The notes under the pieces were generated by a model. The model ran no database searches and was not told the origin of the DNA. It saw only the letters and a program-made list of their open reading frames with translations. A stretch of 64,000 nucleotides of DNA. Source: Lama guanicoe (taxonomy: Eukaryota). The DNA is taken from assembly GCA_013239625.1 (NCBI GenBank), contig MU054220.1, positions 6,432,626 to 6,496,625 on the forward strand, given 5' to 3'. Positions 1 through 11,610 of this stretch are shown in pieces (the stretch's first letter is position 1; each line of letters opens with the position of its first letter). The translations under genes and the position numbers were made by a program.

Positions 1-1104
1 ACATTGTGCCAGACATTTGATTCACACCAAATAATCAAGTTATTTTTCCTGGGGCCTCTTGCATTTTTTTCAACATAAACCCTGTAAGTATAAACCACCT
101 TTTGGAAAAGAACACCCTCCCAATTCAGTGGAACTAAATGTCTCATTAGAATCCATATCCCCTGCCTTGGCCAGGAAATTACACTAACATAACTTACTTG
201 CCCAGATATTCACAACTTTGTTTTTTAGTGCTATTTTCAGGTGTAATAGCAAATAAAGAATGAAGTATGTGAATTTCTGTTTCAAACAACATAGTGTTTG
301 GGGGAAATCAACGGTTTTAATAAATTGTGACTAAGGATAGGTGTTCAAACTACACACATCCAAATTCCTTCCCCCAGGAATCCAGTCATAGACCCTGAGC
401 TGACCTGAATGCTCTCTGTTTTACTGACAGATAGATTTTAAGAACGAGCAGAATTAAATACAGAATAAAAATGCAGCTGTCTGTGGGGAGGGCTGCTGGA
501 GACACGTGCCTGGAGCAGAGAGGCTGGGGAATGAATTTTTCAATGTGGTTAATGAAGTGTGGTGTCAGCGGAAGTCAGGGGCAATTAACAACGGGGATAA
601 TGGGATGAGCTTGGGTAAACTTGTCATCTCACACGTCCAAGTGACCAGCAGCACAGGTGAAAGGTGAAGTGCATACGTGTCATTCTTACCCTTCCGTAGG
701 AAAGAAATATAATTGTAAAAGATTTGGCGACAGTCTATAAAGGAGCAGAAGGAGAGGAGCCTTTGGGACAACGAATATTTGTTACTTACATCTGTGTACT
801 CATTTCCTATGTAGAATGCACTTTCACAGAACTGTCTCGATAGTTATGGCTGTCTCTTCTTTACATTGATTGTTTTACCATTATCGGGGTAATTTGAGTA
901 TATTAGAGTAAACTTAGGAAGAACAGAACAAATAAAAATCCCTCTGGTTAAAGGTAATCATTGTTAATATTTTGGCATATTTTCTATCAGACAGTTTTTA
1001 TATGGTGTTGTATTATTAACAGTCATAATCCTATTGTATGTACAATTTTATCTGATTTTCCACCTGACATTTGATCAGTTTTCATGTTAGTAGGAAGGTA
1101 AGAA

Positions 1105-1330
1105 CTATAGCTGACTTTCGCTGTGCTTACTTTGCTCTGAGCACTGTGAGTGTTGGGATGTAATTATGACAACAACCTTAAGGGGCAGGTGCCATTATTA
1201 TCTTTATTTCACAAGGGAGGAAACTGAGGCACGGAGAGGATATCTTTCCTAATGTCACGTGGATGATAAATGCCAGAGCTGGCACTCAGAACCATGCAGT
1301 CTGGTTCCAGAACCTCCGGTCTCACTTTGT
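1105..1330 (-). mobile_element. MIR SINE
   Basis: Reverse-complement MIR core: attattatctttatttcacaagggaggaaactgaggcacggagagg...gccagagctggcactcagaacc. Boundaries approximate. Confidence 0.85.
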
Positions 1331-1338
1331 CATTAAAC

Positions 1339-1836
1339 CAGGGGTAGCAAACTTTTTCTGTAAGTATTTGAGGCTTGTGGGTCTTACAGACTATGTTACA
1401 GTTACTTCACTCTGCCGTTACAGCACAATGGCTTTAGACAAGATGTAGATGCATATATAAGTAAACGAGTGAGCATTTCTGTGCTTAGATAAATAAAATA
1501 AGCCACGAGGATATATTGTACAACATGGGAAATATAGCAAATATTTTATAATAATTATAAATGGAGTATAACCTTTAAAAATTGTGAACCGCTATATTGT
1601 ACACCTGTAACTTACACTGTACAGCACCTATGCTTCAATTAAAAAAAAATCCTAAGGGGCACTTAAATTTAAATTTTCTATAATTTTCATGGGTCACAAA
1701 ACAGTATTTTTAACATCTGCTTTTTCAACTATTAGAAATGAAAACTATTTTTAACTCAGTGGCAAAAAAATAAAAAAAAAAGCAAACAAACAAACAAACA
1801 AAAAACCGGGTTGCTGGCAGCAGTTTGTAGATGCTT
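1339..1836. mobile_element. MER58B-like hAT-Charlie MITE, interrupted by an L1 fragment
   Basis: Left TIR caggggtagcaaac at 1339; internal MER58B-type tract aaatttaaattttctataattttcatgggtcac...ttttcaactattagaaatgaaaactattttt; decayed right TIR agtttgtagatgctt at 1822-1836. Confidence 0.75.
1494..1649 (+). mobile_element. 5'-truncated L1 3' end (L1MA9/laurasiatherian type) nested in MER58B
   Basis: gatatattgtacaacatgggaaatatagcaaatattttataataattataaatggagtataacctttaaaaattgtgaa...cttcaatt followed by an A9 tail. Confidence 0.85.
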
Positions 1837-2611
1837 TTATTAGATTAATCGATACATTATTTACCACCTAGTAGCATCCCCAAATGATTAGATATTTAGG
1901 TTGTTTAAAACAAACATGAAATATTCGATTCAAAAAAAAGTTGACTAAGGTAAATGATACTATAATGAATATCTCTGTACATAACAATTTTTACTACTTT
2001 TAATCACATTTTCCTAGACTTGATCTGCTCAAAGGTCATGAATAGCTCTATAACTCTTCGATTTTATTGCCAAACAACTAGATATAGGAATGTACCAACA
2101 TACACCGCTACCACTAGTCTAAAAGGACAGCGCATTTTGTTGTTACTGTTATTAAGCAAATATTGGACTAATTTATTTGAAATCATGTAAAACATAATAA
2201 TATTTTAAAAACGTAAATTAATCACATTTAAAGATGAGTTGAGTAAGGTAGTCCTTTTCTTAATGACATTTGAGAAAAATTTATTTAAGAAATTTTGTAA
2301 AATCTATGTGTTGTCTTAAAATGCCATATCAGTATTTCATCCAAGGATGATAACAGAGAGTAGTAGGGGGAAATTTTTTAAGAGTCTGTAATTTTATCCA
2401 TATCCCACCTTTTCCCCCAACGTTAGTTTTTGTTTGAGGTTTCTTAGAAATCGGCTTGATGAAAGAATGAAATTTTTCTTGAGTATTGCCTTTTTTTAAA
2501 ACAAAAACATTAAACTAGTACTATTTTATTACTTTCATTATAATAACGTAAGCTTGAAGTCAGAGGATGCTAAAATTCCTTTTAAAGTCTCCAAAGTGGA
2601 GTTTTCCATTG

Positions 2612-2643
2612 GCAGTTGAGGTGTGTGCCACTAGATGGCGATA
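2612..2643 (+). promoter_or_regulatory. Candidate CTCF binding site (core plus upstream motif)
   Basis: CCACTAGATGGCGA at 2628-2641 matches CCASYAGRKGGCR; GCAGT at 2612-2616 is separated from the core by 11 bp. Confidence 0.65.
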
Positions 2644-2668
2644 TGGGTACCAGTCACTTTGCCCTTCC

Positions 2669-2712
2669 TTTTTTTTTAATTGAGAGATAATTGATATATA
2701 ACATTATATTAG
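2669..2712 (-). mobile_element. Very short L1 3'-terminal fragment
   Basis: Poly-T run followed by aattgagagataattgatatataacattatattag, the reverse complement of an L1 terminus. Confidence 0.6.
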
Positions 2713-2721
2713 TTAGTATTG

Positions 2722-2858
2722 ATTTTATTTTTATCCTTTATTTTTATTTTTAGTATATTTTTATTGAAGTATAGTCAGTTTACAATGTTATGTCAATTTC
2801 TGGTGTACAGCATAATGCTTCAGTCATATATGAACATACACATGTAATTGTTTTCATA
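2722..2858 (-). mobile_element. Young camelid/artiodactyl-type L1 3' end with 12-bp TSD
   Basis: T-rich tail, then ttattgaagtatagtcagtttacaatgttatgtcaatttctggtgtacagcataatgcttcagtc. Identical TAGTTAGTATTG at 2710-2721 and 2859-2870. Confidence 0.85.
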
Positions 2859-3947
2859 TAGTTAGTATTGCTTGTAAAACCCGATGAGAATAAAAGGACA
2901 GTTTTAGTGCAGCTTAGCTGAGCTGTGTCTGCATGCTTGGATGCTGTGGAGCCTGGGATTCAGAGGCCCAGGTTTACAGCTCGATGCCCTGGTGGAGTCC
3001 ACATGTATTTGATCAGCATCATGCTCTAAGTGGGGTCCTTTAGCTCCTTGGTGGCTGCTGAAAAATGTAAGGAGAATTCAGGAACGAAGACTTAGACAGA
3101 CTGATCCACACAACCAGGCAAACATCCTAATGCTTCCATATACCTGTTAAGGGTATTACCTTCACATAAGATTTCAATTTTTGGAGTAATAAGGATATGT
3201 TAGCTGATAGGAATTCAGAAGCTAGTCCATCTCCCATTGGAATTATTGGGTGCAGGCACCACAGTGAAGTGACAAAATAATTTAAATCACAAGTAAGTGC
3301 AGTTCTAGTATTTGGAGGGGTATTTTAAGCTCAGGATGGATTTCCTTCCACCTCCTCTGATAGTTCACTGGTGAATTTAATGAGTACATATCCTTTGAAC
3401 TGATTGCCTTCACTCTTTATAACCATATGATTCCAGATGGAAAATTAATCTCCCTTGTGCCTCAAAATAACTCTAATTTTCTACTTTTCATAGCACATTT
3501 AAAATCTCAGTCCAGTGGCTAGATTGTACCGTACCTTTTACAAAATGGCCAAGAGAAGGAGAGGGGCGGTCCCCTGTGCTTCATCCATGCCAGCCCGCTG
3601 ACGTTTCACAAGAGCTCCAGTCTCGTTCAATTCCACGTGCCTTTTTGAACATGATATACCCTTCGCTGGGAATTTCCTTTTGCATAGGCATTCTGCTTCC
3701 TCTCCAGACACTTGTTAAGCACATTCTTCATGGCCTCTGATAAGATTTTGGAGAACCCAACTCCATATTTATAAAATAGAATGACCTAGTCACCCACCCC
3801 CTGTTTTGTGCTCTGCTGTACCCTGGAAACATTTCTTTGAAACCCTTTATACTATATTGATTGCTGGGGTTTGTTTTTATATTTTCCTCCTGAGTGTGAT
3901 GCCCACATGCTAAAGACTTGGTCTGTCTTGCTGTCTTGCTATTGACC

Positions 3948-4128
3948 GGACCAGTTCTTGACCCAGGCTGAATATAAGAATAACTTAGAAAACATTTTTG
4001 AGAATATCAATGCCCAGGTTTGATCCAAGATGGATTAATTCAGAATCTTTGGGCTCAAGACTTAGGTATGAGTTATTTTAAATCCTCCCCTAGGTGATCC
4101 AGATGTGTAGCAGATTTGAGAGGCACTG
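3948..4128. mobile_element. MER5-family hAT-Charlie MITE
   Basis: aattcagaatctttggg...ttttaaatcctcccctaggtgatccagatgtgtagcagatttgagaggcactg, ending in a MER5-type TIR. Confidence 0.7.
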
Positions 4129-5449
4129 GCCTAAGCCAGAGTCAGGGGGCCTCCTCACAGATCCAGCTGTGAAATTCTTCTCCGACATAATCACGCCACT
4201 CTTTCCTCTCATCCAGTGAGAAACCAAGTGTATCATTTTTGAGACACATCTCCAGCCCTCTTTGACGCTCTGCCCATTTCTAACGGAAGACTGAGCGCTG
4301 TGCAGTCTATTTCCAGAGCTGCCATGAATATTTATACATCGCCCGCATCTTTACAAATTAGAGAGCATCAAGATGAATGAGAGTAGTGAATCAGAGAAGA
4401 CACAAGTGTGATGCGGGCAGAAATTTACTATCTCATTTCTATTTAAAACCTGATGACTCAGAGGAGGCAGTTCACATCCATTTCAGTAAATTCTTTAATG
4501 CTCTCCAGCATGGTACTTTGAATTTTAGCACTATTAGGGGTGACTTGATTTATTCCCAGAAAGAGTGTGCCTGCGTGGTATTGTGTGTGTGTGTGTAAGT
4601 ATGTATTTAAGTTAGATTATTCAAGAGTACAATAGAAAAAATAAGAAATTACTAGGCAAATTGTTAATTATTTTTGTTAAGCTTCATTTTCTATGTTGTC
4701 TTGGTGACAGGGTGTACCTCCTACCCCTAATGAATAATTCTTAAGTCTGACAAAATGCTATTTGTTTGTAAATTGATTTTTAATGTCTTTGGTTTGCATT
4801 TTTTTCACTTAGCTTTTCAACAGTTATTCATTAGATTTCCAAGCCTTTCCATCTTTCTCATGCTCGAGTTCAAAACAGATTTTACAGGAGATGTGTGTCA
4901 AGATTATTTGTGATACTGTTACAATTTGACACTTCTGTACTGGAAAGTCATAGAGAGAACTATTAACATGCATCCTTTTATCCTAGTCTTTGATTATCTG
5001 GCCAATGTGAAACCATTTAAAAACCGCACATTATAGCATAAAGTACAGAAAATTTGCCCGTAATGGTATCCACATGCCTGTATCATAAACACAATGGTGA
5101 AAGCATTATAATTTCATCAGCCACAAGGCACAAAGTGGGTTGAGCGTGGTCTGTGGTATGAAGTCACAGTTTGGTATTATTAATTTCAGACTTTTACTTA
5201 TAAATATAAATATAAATCATAATCATGGGGTTCCAAATTAGTATTCTGGGGAAATAGATACTTAATTCCAAAACTCCCTATTTCTCTTCTCACTTTTGAC
5301 TACTGGTTAGTAAGCTCTTCTGTGTAGTCTGAGGGTTGAGGGTACACTTTCATTTTTCCGTGTCACATCTTTGCTGCACTCACTAGATGAGGCAGTCTGA
5401 CCTTCATGGTGAGAACTTGGAAATCGCCCACTCTTTCAAAGACAGCCAT

Positions 5450-5760
5450 TTCATTAGGCATTTATTTATGCAACAAATCTGTATTGTGACTGTACTATAC
5501 TAGGCATTGAACTTATTTCTTATTTTTCTGGAGCTCACAGTCTCACAGGGAGAAAGATATTAAATTAAAACATATTATCAAATATTTCCTGAAAACCGTG
5601 ATGAACGTTAGTCTGTTGAAGTATCAGGAGTTATGACAACCTTAAACAGAGAAGTCAGCCTTAAAATGAGAGGTCAGGCAAAAAGCAGCTTTCTTTGAAG
5701 AAATGATGTTTTTAGTTTGGATTTGAAGGAATCTAATAAACGTGCTTTGGTCAGGGTGGA
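5450..5760 (-). mobile_element. L2 3' fragment
   Basis: catttatttatgcaacaaatctgtattg...ggagctcacagtctcacagggag resembles the reverse L2 3' end. Confidence 0.55.
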
Positions 5761-5939
5761 CGAGGGGGCTGAGCGATTATGGCCAGCCACGTTTTATGTA
5801 TCAAGGGCTCGTGTGTTATAAAAGGGACACTGTACTCATTTGATCTTAATAATTAAAGGCAATTATTCTAATTCTGGTGTCCAAGGAGCCAGCTGGCCAT
5901 CAATGTATTAAGCCAAGAAGCCTTATGACCAAAAGGGAA

Positions 5940-6115
5940 ATGACACAGGTCTGGTTTTCTGGAAGCAGAGGCTGCAATGTGAATTCGTGTTCAAGTGACT
6001 TATTGAGGACATGCTCTCAGGGTCAGGGTAGTGAGAGAAGCAGACGGGACAAGGGAGGATGAGCTAAGCAGGAGAGTGAGCTCAGCCAGAGTGCAGCTCT
6101 AGGCTGACCCAGGTG
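5940..6115 (-). mobile_element. LTR16-like ERVL LTR fragment
   Basis: ttctggaagcagaggctgcaatgtgaattcgtgttcaagtgacttattgagg...gtgagagaagcagacgggacaagggagg resembles the reverse LTR16 3' end. Confidence 0.55.
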
Positions 6116-6169
6116 CCTGAATCGCAGCACAAAAAGTAAGAAATACAAAGCAAAGAAGCTGCCAACATT

Positions 6170-6285
6170 CTTGATTTAATCACACCCGCAAAATCCTTTT
6201 GCCATCGAATGAAATGTGTTCACAGGTCCCGGGGATTCGGATGTGGATATATCTGGAGGGGAGGGACGTTATTTTGCCTCCCATG
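6170..6285 (-). mobile_element. MLT1 (MaLR) LTR fragment
   Basis: ttaatcacacccgcaaaatccttttgcc...ttcacaggtcccggggattcggatgtggatatatctggagggg...attttgcctccca. Confidence 0.7.
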
Positions 6286-6975
6286 GAGAAGATAACTGTA
6301 CAATTACACGTTTGAGTATATGCTAGGAAGGAATTATAAATCAGTCGTTTATTATTGGGGAACCAAGTAATTCTTTTGTGATAAAGGGAAATTAAAACTG
6401 ATGTGAGGAAAAGTAGGAGTTTACCGTTGAGTAGCATAAGGAAGAGTATTGAGACAAGGATGTGTGCCAACGACCTGGGATGAAAACGAGACTGACATGT
6501 GCGAGGAGCTAGCACAGCCTAGCTCACCTGCGTGGCGGTCAGCTGGGGAGTGCCCCTGAGATTCCCTAGAGCCTGGGGGCCTCCAGGTCACAAGGGGCCT
6601 GGGTGTGTCCAGGCTCACCCTTCTCACACTAATAGTAAGTTTTGTTTCTGGACAGGGTGGATTTCGTAATCACTAAGCTCTGTTCCTCAGTCTCAGCTGC
6701 TATCTTTTTTACAGTTAAATTTGAGCACTACCTGTAGCAGGTGGGTAGACTATTATATTGGTTCACATTCTATGACTTACTCATAGCTTCCCTTTACATG
6801 TGCTTACTTTTTATTTTCTCACTTCCCCACTTTAAAAATAGCATTTTGTCATGAGGCTGATACACTTTTTCTTATAAATCTGTACATGAATTTTCATAAA
6901 AGTTATCCCATCATTGCCCAGGCCAAGGATAATCACCTTTAATGATTTGGTGTGTAGACTTACAGATATTTTCCC

Positions 6976-7007
<32 letters not shown>

Positions 7008-7008
7008 T
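6976..7008. repeat. (TG)n microsatellite
   Basis: 12 perfect TG units plus a degenerate tail. Confidence 0.95.
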
Positions 7009-7589
7009 ATTTATAGAGAGAATGATGCTTTATAAGCTCTTCTATAACTTGAGTTTTTCTTTTTCACAGTACATGGTGGCTTCTTCCTATATCAATTGCT
7101 TGCAATATTAGTATTTCTGATTTCACACTAGTGATTTTAATAATGTACAGTGACTAATTTGACTATGCCACTCCTAATCTTTTTCTTTAACAAACAAAGT
7201 GTCAGTGAGCATCCTTGTATTATCCTCACACGATACATTACATCTCCCCTTGGGATAAATTCCTAACAGTGGAGCTGTAGGGCAGAACCAGAAATCATTT
7301 TGTTCTATTTCTCATTTGTGCTATCTTGGCATATTATATGCTCCCAGGGAGATGCCTTAAAGTCACTCTGAACAAAGCAGGGTAATTAATTTAGTCCCCC
7401 TCTCCAAAGAAAGAAGGGAAGGAAGAAAGGAGGAAAGAAAGAATGTCCTCCTGTCCTGCTTCTATACATGACAGGACAGCAATGGTGGGGAGGGTGTGTT
7501 CACTGAATAATCCTTTTGTTTTGCATTTTGTTTTAATGGAGTGGCGAATATCTCCATTTAGGTAAATGGTATTGCCTTTCATTTAGGCA

Positions 7590-8332
7590 TTTGGGCCAAA
7601 AATCTATCCTGTTTCCTCCCTTTCTCTCATTGTCTGCCTCACTCCATCAGCAAAACCTCCGCAGTCTGCTTCCCACCACCACCTGGGATGTCCCCACCCT
7701 TGTTCAAGCCACCGTCACTGGACCACAGCAATGGCCCTTGTGAGCTTTTTTCTTTGGCTCTTGATCCTTTTCACTGTATTCTCAACAGAGAAGTTATAAC
7801 TATGCTTTTAAAATGTTAGGCCATGTCACTCCACTATTCAGAACCATCTGTTGACTTTCCTCCGGAGGTGGAATGGAACGCCAGGCCCTAGGCTGCCCAT
7901 CCAGGCCTCGCGTGTTCTAGGCCAGGCTGCCTCTCCAGGCGGTCTTCTCACGTCTCTTCCCACTTGCTTTCTCCTCTCCCCACCCCAGCTCCCTGCTGTT
8001 TCCCGATATGCCAAGCATCCTGCCATGTAAGGGATTTGTATTTCCTGTTTCCATTTCTGTCTCCCTTTCCTCAGTTATGCACAGGCCTTGCTCTCTTACT
8101 CTTCCAGGTCTCTGTACAAATGTCCATTGGCAACTTCCCATCACTCTCTATCTCTCTAACTGCTTTACTTTTTCTCGATAGCACTAACTACTGTCTGGAA
8201 TTGTATTTTCTGTCTATAAGTGCGTTTACTATCTGTTTCCATTACCCGATTATGAGGAGAACAGGGACTTTGTTTATATTGTTTGACCAGTAACTGATTC
8301 ATAGAAAGTCTTCTTAAGTGTTTGTTGAATGC
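7590..8332 (+). mobile_element. L2 3' region
   Basis: Pyrimidine-rich L2 body ending agaacagggactttgtttatattgttt...taagtgtttgttgaatg. Confidence 0.65.
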
Positions 8333-8702
8333 ACGCATGCATACATGCATGCATGTGCCAAGTGGCATGCTCACGTTTAGGGCTGGCTGGTATCTGACCC
8401 TCAATCCCTTCATTAAGCTGGTCACAGGTATATTTGGGAATGGAATAATCTAAGTCACACTTCTGATTTGTAAATAAGAATTTAGGAAATAAATGCCCTG
8501 CAAATTACTGACATTTCTGATCACGTGTTTTATGAATGTTCAAAAATCAGGTGGGGTAAGGGGAAGGTGGTAATAAGCATACTGTCTTTCCTGAAAGACA
8601 GGGGCTAGAGAAAGCACCTGTTTTCTCAAGGGACGGGTTTCATTTTCATTCTGTAAAATTTTGTTTCAGCATTTAATGTTTTCCCTTTTGTAAGTGCTAT
8701 GA

Positions 8703-8703
<1 letters not shown>

Positions 8704-8734
<31 letters not shown>
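8704..8734. repeat. (TG)15 microsatellite
   Basis: Perfect dinucleotide run. Confidence 0.95.
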
Positions 8735-8736
<2 letters not shown>

Positions 8737-9319
8737 CATTAGCAAACCACAGCAGCTAACATGGTTTGAAAAGGCTTTTCAAACACTTTGTAATTCTATG
8801 TACCAAGAGATGATAGTTTTCTAACTGCAGATTATAGAGTTGAGGAAATACTTTATTCAATTTATCTTAAATTTAATTTTATTCTCTGCACTGGTTCAGA
8901 ACTCTCCTGAGGCACCTGCAAGTCTGATGGAGATCAGAGGCATGTTTTGAGAAATGCTAAATGCAGCCCTGGATAATTTTGTACAGCAGCCAGAGGAGGT
9001 CTGCATCAGTTCTTAGCCACCCACAAAGCTAATTAAATTTACCCATGTGAAACGCAAACACCCACCCCAGTTATTTTGAGCGAACTTGCTGAAACACTGG
9101 TTAGATCCTTCTGCATCCCAGCACTTCCTCCACCCCAAATCCACAGGCATTCCTAGCATCACCAAGAGGTCGGTGGAGACCATGGTTCCTTTTGGAAACA
9201 CCTGACAGGAATTCTACTAAAATGTTACACCATTCTTAGCAGCAGTCTGCTTTCTGTAGTATGTTTCCATGCTGACTTAAACCTTAACATTCCTTATACC
9301 CTTTCTCTGTGGAGTAGAC

Positions 9320-9680
9320 TTAGTGGAATGACCTCGTACCCTGGAGTGAGGGAGATCTGGGTTGGGTGAAGGCTTTATTTTCCTATTTATGTGACTTTGG
9401 GGAGGTCATTAACCTCTCTGCATCACATGCAAGAGAAATAATAGAACCTACATCATAGGATTGATGTGAAAATTAAAATAGCGAATATAAGGGGAAGGGT
9501 ATTTCTCAGTGATAGAGTGTATGCTTACCATGCATGAGGTCCTGGGTTCAACCCCCAGTACCCCTTTAAAAAATAAAAATAAATTAAATAAACTGAATTA
9601 CCACCCCCCAATTTTTTTTTAAAAAAGAGTGAATATACATAAAGAAGAAAAGCATATAGTAGTTGCTTAATAATTATCAT
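9320..9680 (+). mobile_element. MIR SINE split by a younger SINE
   Basis: tatgtgactttggggaggtcattaacctctctg...aataatagaacctacatcataggattgatgtgaaaattaaa; resumes after 9637 with catatagtagttgcttaataattatcatta. Confidence 0.75.
9491..9622 (+). mobile_element. Camelid tRNA-derived SINE (Vic-1 type)
   Basis: tRNA-like head with A box (ctcagtgatag) and B box (ggttcaaccc), A-rich middle, aattaccacccccc tail. Flanked by a 13/15 TSD, AAAATAGCGAATATA (9475-9489) and AAAAGAGTGAATATA (9623-9637). Confidence 0.85.
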
Positions 9681-9729
9681 TACTTCTTTTCTCTCTGGCC
9701 CTCTTTTCTTTGAAGCAAGATGATGTTAT

Positions 9730-10400
9730 TCTTTCATTTATTAAACAGATTTTTTTTTGAGCACCAACTGTTTCAAATACTGGCGTTATAGTGGAGAAGC
9801 AGTGCTTAGCAAAATAGCCCCTGCTCTCATGACTTACGTTCTAGGGGGGAGAGGACAATGAACATACAAACTAATACATTTTTAATGTAATTGTAGCTTG
9901 TGATACATCCTTAAAGGATGTAAAGCAGGTTGTGGGACAAAGTGAGTGTGAGGAGTAGGAGCTAGTTCAGGTGGCTTGAACAAGGAAGGACATTTTCTTC
10001 ATGTAAGCGACACCTGAACCAAAATGTGGAGGGTGCAGGTCAACCCTATGAAAAACAGGAACCAACTGTTGCCAATATAGGGAAAAGAAACCCAAGTACA
10101 GCAAGTATGAAACCTTTTTTCTGTCTTTGGGGAAGAGAGGATGTGAGAGAGAAGGGAGGACGGTTGAGGAAGAAGTTGGGAGGAAAATGTTGAGGTTCGG
10201 TCCTGTAGACCCTAAACTACAGAACAGGGCTGTCAGCTTTATTCTGATCTGCAGTGGAAGAGCTTTTGGGGTGCTTTGAGCTGTAGGGTAATAGGATCAA
10301 ATTTAGATTTTGAAAGATTATTAGGTTAGACTTGTGGAGAATGGGCTGTGGAAAGAGAAGAATTAAGAAGACCTGTGTGACCTTTGTTGTTAGTCCATGA
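9730..10400 (-). mobile_element. L2 fragment (appears to continue past the MLT1 LTR)
   Basis: ttcatttattaaacagattttttttgagcacc...cccctgctctcatgacttacgttctaggg; purine-rich L2 body. Confidence 0.65.
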
Positions 10401-10405
10401 GGCAA

Positions 10406-10884
10406 TGGTAGTAGGTTGAATAATGTCCCCTAGAGTGACATGCCCTCATTCTAATCCCTGGTGCTTGTGAATGTGGCCTCATTTTGCAAGAGGGTCTTTG
10501 CAGATATAATTTGCATATGCAATTAAGGTAAGGATCTCAGAATGAAATTCTCTTGGATTTAGATGGGCCCTAAATCCAATGATTAGATTTATGGGAGAAA
10601 GGACAGGGAGACTTATGTCACAGAGACACAGAGAAGGGAAAGCCAAATGATGATGGAAGCAGAGATGTAATGATATGTCCACAAGCAAAGGAACCCCAAA
10701 GATTTCCAGCAGCCACCAGAATCTAGGAGAGAAGCTTGGAACAAATGCCTTCAGTAGGAGCCAACCCTATCAGCACCTTGATTTTGGACTTCTGGCTTCT
10801 AGAATTGTGAGAGAACATATTTCTGATGTTTCTAAGCCACCAAATTTGTGCTAATTGGTTAGGGCAGCCCGAAAAAATGAATAC
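10406..10884 (+). mobile_element. Near-complete MLT1C-like MaLR solo LTR
   Basis: Starts tggtagtaggttgaataatgtcccc and ends ttctaagccaccaaatttgtg...aatgaatac. 5-bp TSD GGCAA at 10401-10405 and 10885-10889. Confidence 0.9.
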
Positions 10885-11454
10885 GGCAACCAGGAGATCA
10901 ATTATATTGAGAAAAGGCTTATATGCCTATTTGATGGCCACAGAGTGGTGGACGCGAGGGCTGAAGAAGAAAAAGAAACGTTTTTTCCTTTAAGCCACAG
11001 TGTACAGGTGTACTTTTATTTGGTAAGAATGTTGATTTCTCATACTTTGGTTAAAAACCTCCTTTGTGGGGTGGAGGGGCACCTGAGAAGCAGGCTCGGA
11101 GAACAGCTTCTGCTTCCTTAAGTGGTACATCCTATTCCCAAAGAAATGCCCCTCCTGCTCTGCGAGGGCTGACGAGAAGCTAAAGCCAGTTCTCTCACTT
11201 AGGTGACAGTTTTTCCTACTACCACTTTATCATTTGTATGTAGTGTAATATTAGTATCTGTAGCCTTAATGCATATCCTGGAGTGGGGCCACATCTTTAA
11301 TACAAAGAACTCACCCTAGTTACCTATAAAACCACTGCAGGCAAGGAGATACCCGCCAATGGAATATGTACAGAGTGATATTCTGTACTTGAGAAAAGAC
11401 AGCAATTTCAGGATGGAACAATCATTTGCCCTTGACTTTCCCCAGGTGATAATA

Positions 11455-11610
11455 GAGAGTGAGCATTTATTGAGTTTCTAATATGTCTTAGGTCCTATGC
11501 TATTGCTTTTACATCTGTCAGGTCTAATTCTTACAATAGTCCTTAAAGACAGCTTTTAACAATCCCATTTTAAAGATGAAATAGCTGAGGCTTGGGGAAA
11601 TCCAGCCAAC
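11455..11610 (-). mobile_element. MIR SINE
   Basis: catttattgagtttctaatatgtc...atcccattttaaagatgaaatagctgaggctt. Confidence 0.7.

Noticed and set aside
8329..8358. Alternating purine-pyrimidine quasi-palindrome (Z-DNA or hairpin)
   Set aside because: It is explained as (GCAT)n drift of the L2 (GAAT)n tail.
9491..9563. tRNA gene
   Set aside because: The stems are mutated, and the head continues into a SINE body and tail with a TSD. It is a tRNA-derived SINE.
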